Source: Methylococcales bacterium (GTDB lineage Bacteria > Pseudomonadota > Gammaproteobacteria > JABHGC01). Taken from it: DNA of 64,000 bases. The stretch spans positions 17,883-81,882 of the forward strand of contig JABHGC010000237.1 in the NCBI GenBank assembly GCA_018672285.1. Direction: 5' to 3'. Below the pieces are notes generated by a model that ran no database searches, was not told the DNA's origin, and saw only the letters and a program-made list of their open reading frames with translations. A program made the translations under genes and the position numbers. Within the stretch, counting starts at the first letter, position 1. Every line of letters starts with the position of its first letter. This document shows positions 10,379 through 21,801 of the stretch, one piece after another.

Positions 10379-11554
10379 TTAAGCAGGCGTGTATGAGCTT
10401 AAAACGTTGTATAAACGGGTTACTAAAATGTCAGCTTCTTCGTCTGATAACGTCAATGGGGGAAGTAAGCGAATGATGGTTTCGCTCGGGCAATTGATCA
10501 ACAGTAGGTGATCCAACGCATATTCAACAAGGTTCGGGCAAGCTTGGCTTAATTCGATACCAAGCATCATGCCTTTGTGCCTGACGCTTGAGACCAATGG
10601 TAGGTCAGCAAAGGCCGTCTCTAATTTTTGGGTGATGGACTCTCCAAGGGAAGCCGCTCTTGCAACCAATTGCTGCTCTTCAATAATCTCTAGAACGGTC
10701 AGTGCGGTTCTGGTGGAGAGGAAGTTCCCCCCAAAAGTTGAACCGTGATTGCCAGGCCCGAGTACATCGGCTGCGGGGCCATTGACTAAGCAAGCGCCAA
10801 TCGGAACGCCATTGCCTAAACCTTTGGCAAGTGACATGACATCCGGTGTTATATCCGCATGTTGAAAGGCAAACATTTTACCGGTTCTGGCAATGCCGGT
10901 TTGAATTTCATCTAGCATCATTAGCCAGCCATTTTCATCACAAATACGCCTGATGTTGGTTAAATAATCATCATCAGGAATATGTACGCCAGCTTCACCT
11001 AGAACAGGTTCTACCATAATGGCAACGACGTTCGTTGCTGTTTTTGCGATGGCTTCAATGGCTTCAATGTCGTTATAAGGGACACGTCTGAAACCGGATA
11101 CCAGCGGCTCAAAGCCTGCTTGTACCTTACGGTTACCGGTTGCTGAAAGCGTGGCGATGGTTCGCCCATGAAAGCTTTTATCCGTTACGATGACCGTTGG
11201 GTTTTTAATGCCCTTTTTGTTGCCATATAGTCGAGCGACTTTTAGGGTCGCTTCATTGGCTTCTGCACCTGAGTTGCCAAAAAACACATGCTGCATACCT
11301 GATAGCGATGTGAGTTTATCGGCGAGTGCTTGTTGGGGGCCAATTTCGTATAAATTGGAGGTGTGTAAGAGGGTTTTGGCTTGCTCGCAGATCGCATCTG
11401 CAATTTTAGGGTGTGCATGGCCAAGGCCGCAAACAGCAATGCCTGTCAGTGCGTCTAAGTATTTTTGGCCTACGGTATCCCAAAGCCATGAACCTTGGCC
11501 TTTAACAAACTCAACGGGGAGTCTGCGGTACGTTGGCATAATTGTCTGAGTCAT
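10379..11554 (-). CDS. argD: Acetylornithine aminotransferase
   Basis: [34 protein letters not shown]. Start placed at ATG 11554. Confidence 0.92.
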   Translation of the reverse strand: MTQTIMPTYRRLPVEFVKGQGSWLWDTVGQKYLDALTGIAVCGLGHAHPKIADAICEQAKTLLHTSNLYEIGPQQALADKLTSLSGMQHVFFGNSGAEANEATLKVARLYGNKKGIKNPTVIVTDKSFHGRTIATLSATGNRKVQAGFEPLVSGFRRVPYNDIEAIEAIAKTATNVVAIMVEPVLGEAGVHIPDDDYLTNIRRICDENGWLMMLDEIQTGIARTGKMFAFQHADITPDVMSLAKGLGNGVPIGACLVNGPAADVLGPGNHGSTFGGNFLSTRTALTVLEIIEEQQLVARAASLGESITQKLETAFADLPLVSSVRHKGMMLGIELSQACPNLVEYALDHLLLINCPSETIIRLLPPLTLSDEEADILVTRLYNVLSSYTPA

Positions 11555-11719
11555 TTTTGTACAATTTAATAAAAAAACCAAGCAACCATAGTAAGGAAGT
11601 TAAAGCGTAGACGCAATTGCTTTCCTGAGATTGATGAGGCTTGTTAACGATATTAAGGAATATAGGTGTTTTTATGACCTATTTTGGGGCGTTTGTTCGA
11701 GGATAGTGGGGTAGTTGAT

Positions 11720-11753
11720 AAAAGCGCTACCCTAAAACGGGTTTAGGGTAGCG
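11720..11753 (-). terminator. Probable intrinsic terminator of sodB
   Basis: Perfect 12-bp stem CGCTACCCTAAA/TTTAGGGTAGCG just after the sodB stop, followed by a short U run on the minus strand. Confidence 0.7.
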
Positions 11754-11761
11754 ATTGGGGT

Positions 11762-12343
11762 TTAGCCTTCAAAGTTCTTTGAAGCAAATTCCCAGTTTAC
11801 GATGTTCCAGAATGCTTCAACGTACTTAGGTCGAGCATTACGGTAATCAACATAGTATGCGTGTTCCCAAACATCACAGGTTAAAATGGGTGTTTGGCCA
11901 TCAGTCAAAGGGCAACCAGCATTGCTTGCGCTAACTAAAGCTAAGCTACCGTCTGCATTTTTCACTAACCAGCCCCAACCAGAACCAAAAGTGGTGATTG
12001 ATGTTGCAGAGAATTTTTCTTTGAACTCAGCAAAAGAGCCAAATGTGCTGTTAATAGCATCAGCTAGTGCGCCAGTTGGCTCACCGCCGCCATTTGGGCT
12101 TAGGCAGTTCCAGTAAAAAGTATGGTTCCAAATCTGTGCTGCGTTGTTGAACATGCCACCAGAAGATTTTTTGATGGTGTCTTCAAGGCTCATATCAGCA
12201 AACTCAGTATCTTTGATTAAGTTATTGAGGTTGGTGACGTATGTCTGGTGGTGCTTGTCGTGATGGAATTCTAAAGTCTCAGCAGAAATGTGAGGCTCTA
12301 AAGCATTTTTTTCGTAAGGAAGATCCGGTAGAGTATGTGCCAT
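11762..12343 (-). CDS. sodB: Fe superoxide dismutase
   Basis: [16 protein letters not shown] (Fe-type AAQ), [16 protein letters not shown]. Confidence 0.95.
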   Translation of the reverse strand: MAHTLPDLPYEKNALEPHISAETLEFHHDKHHQTYVTNLNNLIKDTEFADMSLEDTIKKSSGGMFNNAAQIWNHTFYWNCLSPNGGGEPTGALADAINSTFGSFAEFKEKFSATSITTFGSGWGWLVKNADGSLALVSASNAGCPLTDGQTPILTCDVWEHAYYVDYRNARPKYVEAFWNIVNWEFASKNFEG

Positions 12344-12482
12344 TTTTTATGTGCTCCAGCATCGCAGTAAGATAGAAACATAACGGTTTCTATGTGAAAG
12401 GCGGTATGGTAATGGTTGTGGTTCTGTGTTTAAAACGGAATTTTTGTGCGGTAATTGTTTATTTGGCTCGGAGGGCTGAAGC

Positions 12483-14261
12483 ATGTGCGGAATATGTGGT
12501 GAATTAGGGTTGCATGGTGAGCGAGGTTCATTGCAAAGTGTTTCTGCTATGTTGCCAGCGCTGGAGCGGCGAGGCCCTGATTCTCAAGGGGTAGAACAGG
12601 TTGGGCCAGTGGCTTTTGGACACAGGCGACTCTCTGTGATTGATTTATCGGCCGACTCAAATCAACCGATGCGGGATGCCAAATCAAATGCGTTATTGGT
12701 GTTTAATGGCGCTATTTACAACTATAAGATTTTGCGGCGTGAATTACAGGAAAAAGGTCACACTTTTTCATCGCATGGGGATACCGAGGTTATCCTTAAG
12801 GCGTATGCCGAGTGGGGTGGGGATTGTGTGACGCATTTGTTGGGGATGTTTGCATTTGCGATCTGGGATGTCGAGCGTGAGTATTTGTTCGTGGCACGTG
12901 ATCGAATGGGGATTAAACCTTTTTATTATGCTTTTGTGGGTAAAACCTTTCGGTTTGCCTCAACCATTCAGTCTATTTTGGCGCCAGGCGGTGTGGATAC
13001 GGGGATTGATTCAGAGGGGCTGCACCATCAATTTACCTTGCATGCCGTCATTCCTGCGCCGACGACGTTATTAAAAGCGGTGCGTAAATTACCGCCTGCC
13101 TCGACGATGATTGTGCGCTTAAGTGGTAAAACTGACACTAAAACCTATTGGCATCTCTCTGCGTCCCGTCCTGCTGAGGCCAAAACAGAGCAAGAATGGA
13201 CTGAAGCGATTGAAGACGCATTAATGCTGGCTGTTAAGCGTCGTTTGGATATTGCTGATGTGCCTGTTGGGGTATTGCTTTCCGGAGGCTTAGATTCAAG
13301 CTTGTTGGTTGGGCTGCTCGCGAAGTCGGGTGTGACCGATTTACAAACGTTTTCAGTGGGGTTTGAAGATGCAGGAGATGAAAAAGGCAGTGAGTTTGAG
13401 TATTCAGACTTGGTGGTGGATCATTTTCAAACCAAACATCATAAATTTTTAGTGCCGAATACAGAGGTTTTGAAGCGCCTACCTGAGGCGGTTGCGAATA
13501 TGTCGGAGCCCATGTTCGGTCAGGATGCGGTGGCCTTTTATTTGCTGTCTGAGCAGGTCTCAAAGGATATAAAGGTCGTACAGAGCGGGCAGGGCGCTGA
13601 TGAGGTTTTTGCCGGATATTTTTGGTACTCACAAATGCATGCCGCAAAAGGTGATACTGTTTCTCGTTTTGCTGATCATTATTTTGATCGAACGCATGAA
13701 GAATATTTGGAGATGGTACAGGCACAATGGCAAGGTGAAGATGTTACCAGTCAATTGGTAAAGGCCAGGCTTGAAGCGCCTGATGCCGATGAATATATTG
13801 ATCAGGTTTTACGCTTTGATGTGACCACCCTGGTGGTAGATGACCCTGTGAAGCGGGTAGATAACATGACGATGGCGTGGGGGTTAGAAGCGCGAGTGCC
13901 GTTTTTGGATCATGAGTTAGTTGAGCTAGCTGCACAAATGCCACCGGAGCTTAAAATGCGAGATGATGGTAAATACATGTTGAAGAAAATTGCTCGTGGT
14001 TTAATTCCAGATGGGGTGATTGATCGGCCAAAAGGGTACTTCCCAATGCCTGCGCTCAAATATGTTCGTGGAGATTTTTTAGAGTTTATGCGGGATATTT
14101 TACTGTCGCCTGCTGCAAAGGCTCGGGGTCTATATCAAGCAAATTATGTTGAAAAATTGCTTAAAAGCCCCGATGAATACTTTACCAAGCTTAATGGCAG
14201 CAAGTTATGGCATTTAGCATTGGTTGAATATTGGCTGCAAATGAATGTTGATAATGCCTAA
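12483..14261 (+). CDS. Asparagine synthetase-like glutamine amidotransferase (NAGGN amidotransferase-like)
   Basis: N-terminal MCGICG Ntn nucleophile, RRGPD, LSGGLDSS, SGQGADE, DDPVKRVDNMTMAWGLEARVPFLD, KGYFPMP. Confidence 0.85.
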   Translation: MCGICGELGLHGERGSLQSVSAMLPALERRGPDSQGVEQVGPVAFGHRRLSVIDLSADSNQPMRDAKSNALLVFNGAIYNYKILRRELQEKGHTFSSHGDTEVILKAYAEWGGDCVTHLLGMFAFAIWDVEREYLFVARDRMGIKPFYYAFVGKTFRFASTIQSILAPGGVDTGIDSEGLHHQFTLHAVIPAPTTLLKAVRKLPPASTMIVRLSGKTDTKTYWHLSASRPAEAKTEQEWTEAIEDALMLAVKRRLDIADVPVGVLLSGGLDSSLLVGLLAKSGVTDLQTFSVGFEDAGDEKGSEFEYSDLVVDHFQTKHHKFLVPNTEVLKRLPEAVANMSEPMFGQDAVAFYLLSEQVSKDIKVVQSGQGADEVFAGYFWYSQMHAAKGDTVSRFADHYFDRTHEEYLEMVQAQWQGEDVTSQLVKARLEAPDADEYIDQVLRFDVTTLVVDDPVKRVDNMTMAWGLEARVPFLDHELVELAAQMPPELKMRDDGKYMLKKIARGLIPDGVIDRPKGYFPMPALKYVRGDFLEFMRDILLSPAAKARGLYQANYVEKLLKSPDEYFTKLNGSKLWHLALVEYWLQMNVDNA

Positions 14262-14342
14262 ACCTTTCTATGTGGCTGCTTTTTATCCTCGACTGAAATG
14301 GTTAAACTGCGGTCAGTAAGCAATTTGATTAGGAGAAAAAAG

Positions 14343-14672
14343 ATGGATGTGTTGGATAGAATTCGTGAGCAAGTAGAAGGTAACCCTGTCATCATTTATA
14401 TGAAGGGTACCCCTAAAATGCCTCAGTGTGGTTTTTCAAGTCGTGCAGCTCAAGCATTGCAGGAGTGTGGTGAAGAATTTGCTTATGTGAATATTCTCGC
14501 AGATCCAGAAATATTTGAGAATTTACCTCGCTATGCGAATTGGCCTACCTTTCCACAACTCTATATTGACAGTGAGTTAATTGGTGGTTGTGATATTACC
14601 CTTGAGCATTTTCAAAATGGTGAGTTAAAAACGATGGTCACTGAAGCCATTGCTAAAGCAACACCAAACTAA
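14343..14672 (+). CDS. grxD: Monothiol glutaredoxin Grx4
   Basis: YMKGTP...PQCGFS, WPTFPQL, GGCDI; AGGAG Shine-Dalgarno before ATG 14343. Confidence 0.95.
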   Translation: MDVLDRIREQVEGNPVIIYMKGTPKMPQCGFSSRAAQALQECGEEFAYVNILADPEIFENLPRYANWPTFPQLYIDSELIGGCDITLEHFQNGELKTMVTEAIAKATPN

Positions 14673-14707
14673 TCGGCGTTATTGAAAGTTCATTTCAATG
14701 CGTTTTT

Positions 14708-14751
14708 AAAAAAGCGGTATAAGGCGACTTTTTGCCTGTACCGCTTTTTTT
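14708..14751. terminator. Intrinsic (possibly bidirectional) terminator after grxD
   Basis: AAAAAAGCGGTA...TACCGCTTTTTTT stem flanked by A and T runs. Confidence 0.8.
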
Positions 14752-14980
14752 ATGGGCGATATCTAGGGTAAATAGGCTTTGCTACCTCAGCGGCATTCAT
14801 TCATTTTTAGGTGCTAACAATAATGATTTTGGTCAACTTAGCAGCTGAATTAACGTGATACAGTCTTAGTTAATCCTAGTGTTGCTGTAGGAAATACCTC
14901 TAAGTTCTTTACCGCATAGTGTGTTCAGCGCTATCGGGAAGAGATGTTTTGTTCTATGACTGAAAAGAGAGGTTCAATTT

Positions 14981-15376
14981 ATGGATAAATTGTCTAACGC
15001 TGTGATTGTACTGGTTGTATTCATGGGGTCTATGTTGGCCATGCAAAATGCGAGTGCTGCCGCTTGTAGTGGTGGTGGTTGGACACCTACTTTTGTGCAT
15101 GATCTTGATAACCCTGATGGGCCGTGGTTTGTATTGGCAGGTGGTGGGTTTGAGCGAGTCATTCTTTCTCGCGCTGGTAGTTATACGCCGCATGCTTGCG
15201 ACCAAATTAGAGCGTATGGCGTTCGTAATAGAAGAGGTTTTACTAACTGTCAGGCATACACGCGTGTTCAATGTGGATGTCGTCGTGGCCTCAGTGAAAG
15301 TAAACCTGCTTGTGCACGCTTTTTACGAACACATACTTCAAGGCAAGCACCTAGAGCGAATACGCCAGGGTATTAA
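14981..15376 (+). CDS. Secreted Cys-containing hypothetical protein
   Basis: GAGAGG Shine-Dalgarno, signal peptide ending ASA/AAA, six Cys in the mature part. Confidence 0.7.
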   Translation: MDKLSNAVIVLVVFMGSMLAMQNASAAACSGGGWTPTFVHDLDNPDGPWFVLAGGGFERVILSRAGSYTPHACDQIRAYGVRNRRGFTNCQAYTRVQCGCRRGLSESKPACARFLRTHTSRQAPRANTPGY

Positions 15377-15432
15377 TGTTAAGCGTTTTGATTGGCCCGA
15401 ATGGAGGTTTGCTCTATTCGGGTTTGATCTTG

Positions 15433-16089
15433 TTATGAGCCGAGATCATGTTCCTCTAACGTCATGTCTATCCCAGACATTTCGCGCCATTTGTTCACAA
15501 TGCGGCAATAAATTTCAGCGGTTTGTTCTGTGTCGTAAGCGGCGGAATGGGCTTTGTCGTTATCCCAAGGAATACCTGCCACTTGTGCTGCCCTTGCAAG
15601 CACTGTTTGGCCATAAGCTAAACCGCATAATGTTGCCGTATCGAAGCTGCTAAAAGGGTGGAAAGGGTTACGTTTGATGCCTGCGCGAGTGCAAGCGGCA
15701 TTCATAAACCCTAAATCAAATGACGCGTTATGGCCGACCAAGACGGCGCGTTTGCACCCTGTGGCTTTAAGCGCTGAGCGAATGGGCTTGAAAATATAAC
15801 CCAAAGCATCATTTTCTTTTTTGGCCATACGAAATGGGTTGTAAGGGTCAATGCCTGTGAATTCTAATGCAGCAGGATCCATATTCGCACCGGGGAAAGG
15901 TTCTACATGGCAATGAGTGGTTTCCATCGGGAAGACAAAACCATCGTCGTCCATGCCAATAACAACGGCTGCAACTTCGAGTAGTGCATCTTTTTTAGGG
16001 TTAAAACCACCGGTTTCTACGTCAATGACAACGGGTAGGAAGCCGCGGAATCGTTTTGCAATTTTGGGGTTGTGATCTTTATTTGTCAT
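15433..16089 (-). CDS. rnt: Ribonuclease T
   Basis: [43 protein letters not shown]. Confidence 0.96.
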   Translation of the reverse strand: MTNKDHNPKIAKRFRGFLPVVIDVETGGFNPKKDALLEVAAVVIGMDDDGFVFPMETTHCHVEPFPGANMDPAALEFTGIDPYNPFRMAKKENDALGYIFKPIRSALKATGCKRAVLVGHNASFDLGFMNAACTRAGIKRNPFHPFSSFDTATLCGLAYGQTVLARAAQVAGIPWDNDKAHSAAYDTEQTAEIYCRIVNKWREMSGIDMTLEEHDLGS

Positions 16090-16131
16090 AACAGCTCAGT
16101 ATAGTCAGAACAGATGGATTGTCTCATTTAT

Positions 16132-17172
16132 TTATGCGTGTTGGGTAACTTGCCAGCTCAGGGTTTTGCCGGCAAAAAATGGAATTAAGCGTTCGTTACC
16201 AACGTTGATGTATTCAGGTGCCACCCAATCTTGTTTGGATAATGTAATGGTCTTTTTGTTGCGAGGCAATTCATAAAAATCCGCGCCAAAATGGCTAGCA
16301 AAACCTTCTAATTTATTCAGCGCATTAGCCGCTTCAAAAGCTTGTGCATAAAGGGGCATAGCATTAATGGCGGTGTAGCAGCCCGCGCAGCCACAAGCGC
16401 TTTCTTTGTTGTTCTGGGTGTGTGGTGCACTGTCTGTGCCTAAGAAAAATTTAGCACTACCACTGGTGGCAACTTTAATGAGTTCTGCTTGGTGACTTTG
16501 CCTTTTTAAAATGGGTAGGCAGTAGTAATGTGGTCTGATGCCTCCGGCTAGCATGTCGTTGCGATTTAACAGCAAGTGGTGTGCTGTAATGGTGGCGGCC
16601 ACGTTGCTTGGCTGAGATAGTACAAATTGGGCGGCGTCTGAGGTGGTGATGTGTTCAAGCACGATACGTAGAGAAGAGAATTTTTGCGTGATCGGAATAA
16701 GGTATTGGTCAATAAAGCCTTTTTCACGGTCGAAAATATCCATCTCTGGTGTGGTGACTTCACCGTGTATAAGCAGTGGTAAATTGTGCTCTGTCATGGC
16801 CTCTAGTAGCGGGTAAATGGCATCTAATTTTGCAATGCCTTGGCTTGAATTTGTGGTCGCGCCAGCAGGATAGAGTTTTGCGGCATAAATATTAGGGTCT
16901 TTGGCTGCTTTTGCGATTTCATCAGGGGTGGTGGTGTCGGTGAGATACAGTGTCATCAGTGGGTCGAAATCAGCATATTGGCAAGCAGAGAGGATGGCTT
17001 GTCGGTAGTGGTTGGCTTGGTCTACCGTCGTGATTGCTGGCGTTAAGTTGGGCATGATGACGGCTCGGCCAAAAACCTTAGCGGTATCGTTGATCACATG
17101 GTTCAGCATATCGCCCGTTCTGACGTGCAGGTGCCAGTCATCTGGTTGGGTTAGGGTGATACTTGTTGCCAT
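16132..17172 (-). CDS. pyrC: Dihydroorotase (type II)
   Basis: [35 protein letters not shown]. Confidence 0.97.
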   Translation of the reverse strand: MATSITLTQPDDWHLHVRTGDMLNHVINDTAKVFGRAVIMPNLTPAITTVDQANHYRQAILSACQYADFDPLMTLYLTDTTTPDEIAKAAKDPNIYAAKLYPAGATTNSSQGIAKLDAIYPLLEAMTEHNLPLLIHGEVTTPEMDIFDREKGFIDQYLIPITQKFSSLRIVLEHITTSDAAQFVLSQPSNVAATITAHHLLLNRNDMLAGGIRPHYYCLPILKRQSHQAELIKVATSGSAKFFLGTDSAPHTQNNKESACGCAGCYTAINAMPLYAQAFEAANALNKLEGFASHFGADFYELPRNKKTITLSKQDWVAPEYINVGNERLIPFFAGKTLSWQVTQHA

Positions 17173-17642
17173 GATAGAAACCTAATATTAGAAAGTGTTC
17201 GTACTGTAACTGAAATTAGAAAAGACCTCTACTTTGCGATGGCTGACATTGTCGCTTTTATGTCAAAAAATGACTGCGACAGGTTGTTATCTCGGTGAGG
17301 TAAGGGGGTTGTTTGGTTGCTAAATTGGCCTTTATTCAATAAGTGTCAATGTAATGTAAGGATTTTAGATTAAGTTATAAGGTGCTTTTAGAGTGAGATG
17401 ATAGGGTTTTTTCTACAGGAAACTAAATGCAGCCTCTTTTAGTTCCAGTGGGTTATAGATGATTTTCGTGGGGGTTTTGAGTACACTGAGCGGCATTATA
17501 AAAAATTGGCTATAGTTTGTGCTGTAGTTTATTGATGATGGTCATCAAGATTCGTATTTGATAATATTTAACTTTACTGTATTTGCGCTCTAGGTATCGC
17601 CACGTTTTGCTGTGTGTCGAACCGGATATAACGAGGTAGTTT

Positions 17643-20273
17643 ATGACCGATTTACCAGATTTAGATCCCCAAGAAACCGAAGAATGGTTAGCCGCTTTAG
17701 AATCCGTATTGGAATCTGATGGTGCTGATCGTGCACACTATTTATTGGAGAAACTAATCGATCAAGCTCGTCGCTCAGGCGTTAATCTGCCTTACAGTGC
17801 AGATACGGCTTACGTCAATACCATCCCTGTGGCAAGCCAAGGTCAAAAGGACGGGGACTTGAGTTTGGAGCGGCGCATTCGCTCACTCGTTCGCTGGAAT
17901 GCGATGGCGATGGTGATAAAAGCGAATCGTAGCAACCCTGATTTAGGTGGTCACATTTCCAGCTTTGCATCAGCAGCCACTTTATATGATGTGGCGTTTA
18001 ACCACTTCTTTAAAGGGAGTGATCTTGTTTTCTTTCAAGGGCATTCAGCTCCTGGTGTTTATGCGCGTGCTTATTTGGAAGGCCGCATAACGGAACAGCA
18101 GTTGAATAACTTTAGGCAAGAGGCTGACGGTAAAGGTTTGTCCTCTTACCCACACCCTTGGTTAATGAAAGATTTTTGGCAGTTCCCAACCGTATCGATG
18201 GGGTTAGGGCCGCTAATGGCGATTTACCAAGCGCGCTATATGAAGTACATCCACAACCGTAAGCTTGCTGATACCGATGGCCGCACCGTTTGGGCATATT
18301 TAGGTGACGGTGAGATGGATGAGCCAGAATCTATTGGTGGTTTGTCCATGGCTGGCCGTGAAAAGCTAGACAACTTAGTGTTTGTGGTTAACTGTAACTT
18401 ACAACGCTTAGATGGCCCTGTTCGCGGTAATGGTAAAATTATTCAAGAATTAGAGTCGTTGTATCGTGGTGCAGGCTGGAACGTGATAAAAGTCATCTGG
18501 GGGTCTTATTGGGATCAACTGTTGGCGAAAGACACAACCGGCTTGTTGCTAAAACGCATGGAAGAAGTGAAAGACGGTGACTTCCAGAACTATAAAGCCA
18601 AAGACGGCGCTTATGTTCGGGAGCATTTCTTTGGTGCTTACCCAGAATTAAAAGCCTTAGTTGCGGATATGAGCGACGATGATATCTGGCGTTTAAATCG
18701 TGGTGGACATGATCCTCACAAATTGTTTGCAGCGTATAAGCAAGCGGCAGAGCATAAAGGTCAACCAACCGTTATTCTGGCTAAAACGGTTAAAGGTTAC
18801 GGCATGGGCGAAGCGGGTGAAGGCCAAAACATTACGCATTCTCAAAAGAAAATGGGAGAAGAGGCGTTACTGGCTTTCCGAGATCGATTTAACATCCCAT
18901 TGTCTGATGAAGAAATTAAAGATGCGCCATTCTTCAAGCCTGCAGATGACAGTGACGAAATTAAGTACTTAAAAGCGCGCCGGGAAGAGCTTGGCGGGTA
19001 TTTGCCAAAACGTCCAACCGATTTCACCGCGCTTGAAACACCCGATATCAGTATCTTTAAAGCGCAAATCAAAGGAACGGGTGAGCGAACTATTTCAACC
19101 ACCATGGCCTTTGTGCGAATATTAACGGCATTAACCCGTGATAAGAAAATCGGCAAAAACATTGTGCCAATTGTCCCTGACGAAGCGCGTACTTTTGGTA
19201 TGGAAGGCATGTTCCAACAGTTGGCGATTTATTCTTCTGTCGGCCAGCTTTACACCCCACAAGACTCCGACCAGCTGATGTCTTATCGAGAAGAAAAAGA
19301 TGGTCAAATTCTGCAAGAAGGGATCAATGAAGCGGGTGCGTTTTCCTCGTGGATTGCGGCAGCAACCTCTTATGCCAACCATGACTTACCGATGGTGCCT
19401 TTCTATATTTATTATTCCATGTTTGGTTTCCAGCGCATTGGCGATTTGGCATGGGCTGCAGGTGATATGCAGGCAAGAGGCTTCTTGCTTGGCGGTACTG
19501 CCGGTAGAACCACGCTCAATGGTGAAGGTTTACAGCACCAAGATGGCCATAGCCATTTAATGTCTAGCACCATTCCTAACTGTGTTTCATACGACCCGAC
19601 TTTCTCTTATGAGTTAGCGGTGATTATTCATGACGGTTTACGCCGTATGTATCAGGAAAAAGAAAGTATTTTCTACTACATCACCGTGATGAACGAAAAT
19701 TACCAACACCCCGATATGCCTAAAGGTGCTGAAGAAGGCATCTTAAAAGGGATTTATCAATTCTCTAAAGCAAAGAATCCAAAAGTCCAATTGTTGGGTT
19801 CGGGCACGATTTTAAGAGAAGTGATTGCCGCGGGTGAATTACTAGAAAAAGACTACAAAATCAACGCGAACGTTTGGAGTGTAACCAGTTTTAATGAGTT
19901 ACGCCGTGAAGCCATCGATTTACAAAGAACGGATCGGCTGAACCCTAAAGCGAAGCCTAAAACGTCTTATGTTGCTAAATGCTTAAACAACCAAGAAGGG
20001 CCTGTGGTTGTCGCGACAGATTATATGCGTTTATATGCAGATCAAATACGTGAGTTTGTGGATAAGCCATTTTATGCCTTAGGGACAGATGGTTTTGGTC
20101 GAAGTGATTCCCGTGATGCCCTGCGAGATTTCTTTGAGGTGAATCGATACTACGTTGTGATCACCGCGTTGAAAGCGTTAGCAGATGCAGGTGATATTCC
20201 TGCGTCGAAAGTGGCCGATGCGATTAAAAAATATGGCATTGATGTAAACAAAGCGAATCCCGCTACCGTTTAA
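17643..20273 (+). CDS. aceE: Pyruvate dehydrogenase E1 (homodimeric)
   Basis: DPQETEEW, SSYPHP, GDGEMDEPES (ThDP motif), GTDGFGRSD. Confidence 0.98.
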   Translation: MTDLPDLDPQETEEWLAALESVLESDGADRAHYLLEKLIDQARRSGVNLPYSADTAYVNTIPVASQGQKDGDLSLERRIRSLVRWNAMAMVIKANRSNPDLGGHISSFASAATLYDVAFNHFFKGSDLVFFQGHSAPGVYARAYLEGRITEQQLNNFRQEADGKGLSSYPHPWLMKDFWQFPTVSMGLGPLMAIYQARYMKYIHNRKLADTDGRTVWAYLGDGEMDEPESIGGLSMAGREKLDNLVFVVNCNLQRLDGPVRGNGKIIQELESLYRGAGWNVIKVIWGSYWDQLLAKDTTGLLLKRMEEVKDGDFQNYKAKDGAYVREHFFGAYPELKALVADMSDDDIWRLNRGGHDPHKLFAAYKQAAEHKGQPTVILAKTVKGYGMGEAGEGQNITHSQKKMGEEALLAFRDRFNIPLSDEEIKDAPFFKPADDSDEIKYLKARREELGGYLPKRPTDFTALETPDISIFKAQIKGTGERTISTTMAFVRILTALTRDKKIGKNIVPIVPDEARTFGMEGMFQQLAIYSSVGQLYTPQDSDQLMSYREEKDGQILQEGINEAGAFSSWIAAATSYANHDLPMVPFYIYYSMFGFQRIGDLAWAAGDMQARGFLLGGTAGRTTLNGEGLQHQDGHSHLMSSTIPNCVSYDPTFSYELAVIIHDGLRRMYQEKESIFYYITVMNENYQHPDMPKGAEEGILKGIYQFSKAKNPKVQLLGSGTILREVIAAGELLEKDYKINANVWSVTSFNELRREAIDLQRTDRLNPKAKPKTSYVAKCLNNQEGPVVVATDYMRLYADQIREFVDKPFYALGTDGFGRSDSRDALRDFFEVNRYYVVITALKALADAGDIPASKVADAIKKYGIDVNKANPATV

Positions 20274-20296
20274 AGCAATCAGAATTAGGAGCTATT

Positions 20297-21586
20297 GTGG
20301 CAGAAGTTAAACAAGTCGTTGTCCCTGATATTGGTGGCGTTGATGACGTTGAAATTATCGAAATATTGGTTGCTGTAGGCGATACCGTTGCAGTTGATGA
20401 CCCATTGATTACCCTGGAAAGTGATAAAGCTTCCATGGACATTCCATCGCCTTTTGCAGGTACTGTAAAAGAGTTGTTATGTGCCTTAGAGGATAAAATC
20501 AGCGAAGGTGGTGCCATCTTAATGATGGAGGCAGAAGAGGCAGCGGCAGTATCAGCTGCACCTGCAGAAAAGCCTGAACCTGTTGCCGCTGTAGAGGCGC
20601 CAAAGCCTGCACCTGTTGAAGCACCTGCCGCACCTAAAGTGGCACCTGCAAAACACATTGCAAATGATGTGAATGTGACACCCAGTGGTGAAGCTCATGC
20701 GTCGCCTACTATTCGCCGGTTTGCCCGTGAGCTTGGTGTTGACTTAGGCAAAGTCACCGGTTCTGGTCGTAAAAAACGTATTTTAAAAGAAGATGTTCAG
20801 TCGTATGTTAAAAAAGCACTGGCATCCGGTGGTAGTGCAAGTGGTGGGGCTGGTTTGCCTAAGCCACCAGTGGTTGATTTCAGTAAGTTTGGCGAAACTG
20901 AATTACTACCGCTTTCTCGTATCAAAAAAATATCTGGCGCGCATTTACATAGCTGCTGGTTGAATGTGCCACATGTAACGCAATTCGACGAAGCCGATAT
21001 CACAGATCTTGAAATCTTCCGTAAAGAAATGAAAGGTGCCGCTGAAAAACAAGGCGTTAAATTAACCTTCTTACCCTTCTTGATGAAAGCGTTGGCGCAT
21101 GTGTTACTGCAATTCCCAAATTTCAATGCCTCGTTAGATGAGACGGGTGAAAACCTCATTCTGAAAAAATATTGCAACATTGGTATTGCTGTTGATACAC
21201 CCGATGGTTTGATGGTGCCAGTGGTTAGAGATGTGGATAAAAAAGGGGTATTGGAACTTGCGGCTGACTTGATGGCGCTGAGTCAAAAAGCGCGCGACAA
21301 AAAGCTATCACCCGCTGATTTGCAAGGTGGCTGTATGTCTATCTCAAGCTTAGGTGGCATTGGTGGTACCGCATTTACACCGATTGTGAATATGCCTGAA
21401 GTGGCCATACTCGGTGTGTCTCGAAGCTCAATGAAGCCTGTTTATGATGGTAAAGAATTTCAGCCTCGCTTGATGCTGCCATTATCCTTGTCTTACGACC
21501 ATCGAGTGATTGATGGTGCGTTAGGGGCAAGGTTTACCGTGGCATTGAGTTCTGTGTTAGCGGATATGCGGAAGGCTTTGCTGTAA
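20297..21586 (+). CDS. aceF: Dihydrolipoamide acetyltransferase E2 (single lipoyl domain)
   Basis: ESDKA lipoyl motif, E3-binding domain HASP..RR, DHRVIDG. Confidence 0.97.
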   Translation: MAEVKQVVVPDIGGVDDVEIIEILVAVGDTVAVDDPLITLESDKASMDIPSPFAGTVKELLCALEDKISEGGAILMMEAEEAAAVSAAPAEKPEPVAAVEAPKPAPVEAPAAPKVAPAKHIANDVNVTPSGEAHASPTIRRFARELGVDLGKVTGSGRKKRILKEDVQSYVKKALASGGSASGGAGLPKPPVVDFSKFGETELLPLSRIKKISGAHLHSCWLNVPHVTQFDEADITDLEIFRKEMKGAAEKQGVKLTFLPFLMKALAHVLLQFPNFNASLDETGENLILKKYCNIGIAVDTPDGLMVPVVRDVDKKGVLELAADLMALSQKARDKKLSPADLQGGCMSISSLGGIGGTAFTPIVNMPEVAILGVSRSSMKPVYDGKEFQPRLMLPLSLSYDHRVIDGALGARFTVALSSVLADMRKALL

Positions 21587-21598
21587 CTATCCAGCTCA

Positions 21599-21801
21599 CC
21601 TCTGAGGTTTACCATTTTTCGCCTTGAACTGGCAAACCTCAGAGGCAATCTGAACAGCTACCGTGACGCGATGTCGTGTCTTTTGTGTTAGGTCGATAGT
21701 TTGGTATAAAGCATCTTACGCTGATAATTAATTCGTAAGACAGGCTGTAACTATTGTGGGGTAAGCGGGTGTCAATGCGCCGTAGTAGTTACAGTCTGTC
21801 T
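21599..21801 (+). other. Two long hairpins in the aceF-lpdA intergenic region
   Basis: 21599-21614 pairs with 21630-21645 (15/16). 21738-21759 pairs with 21780-21801 (22 bp, fully paired on the + strand with 4 G-U). Confidence 0.7.

Noticed and set aside
15006-15653. 215-aa + strand ORF overlapping the Cys-rich gene and rnt
   Set aside because: Overlaps two better-supported genes, has no RBS and has implausible composition.
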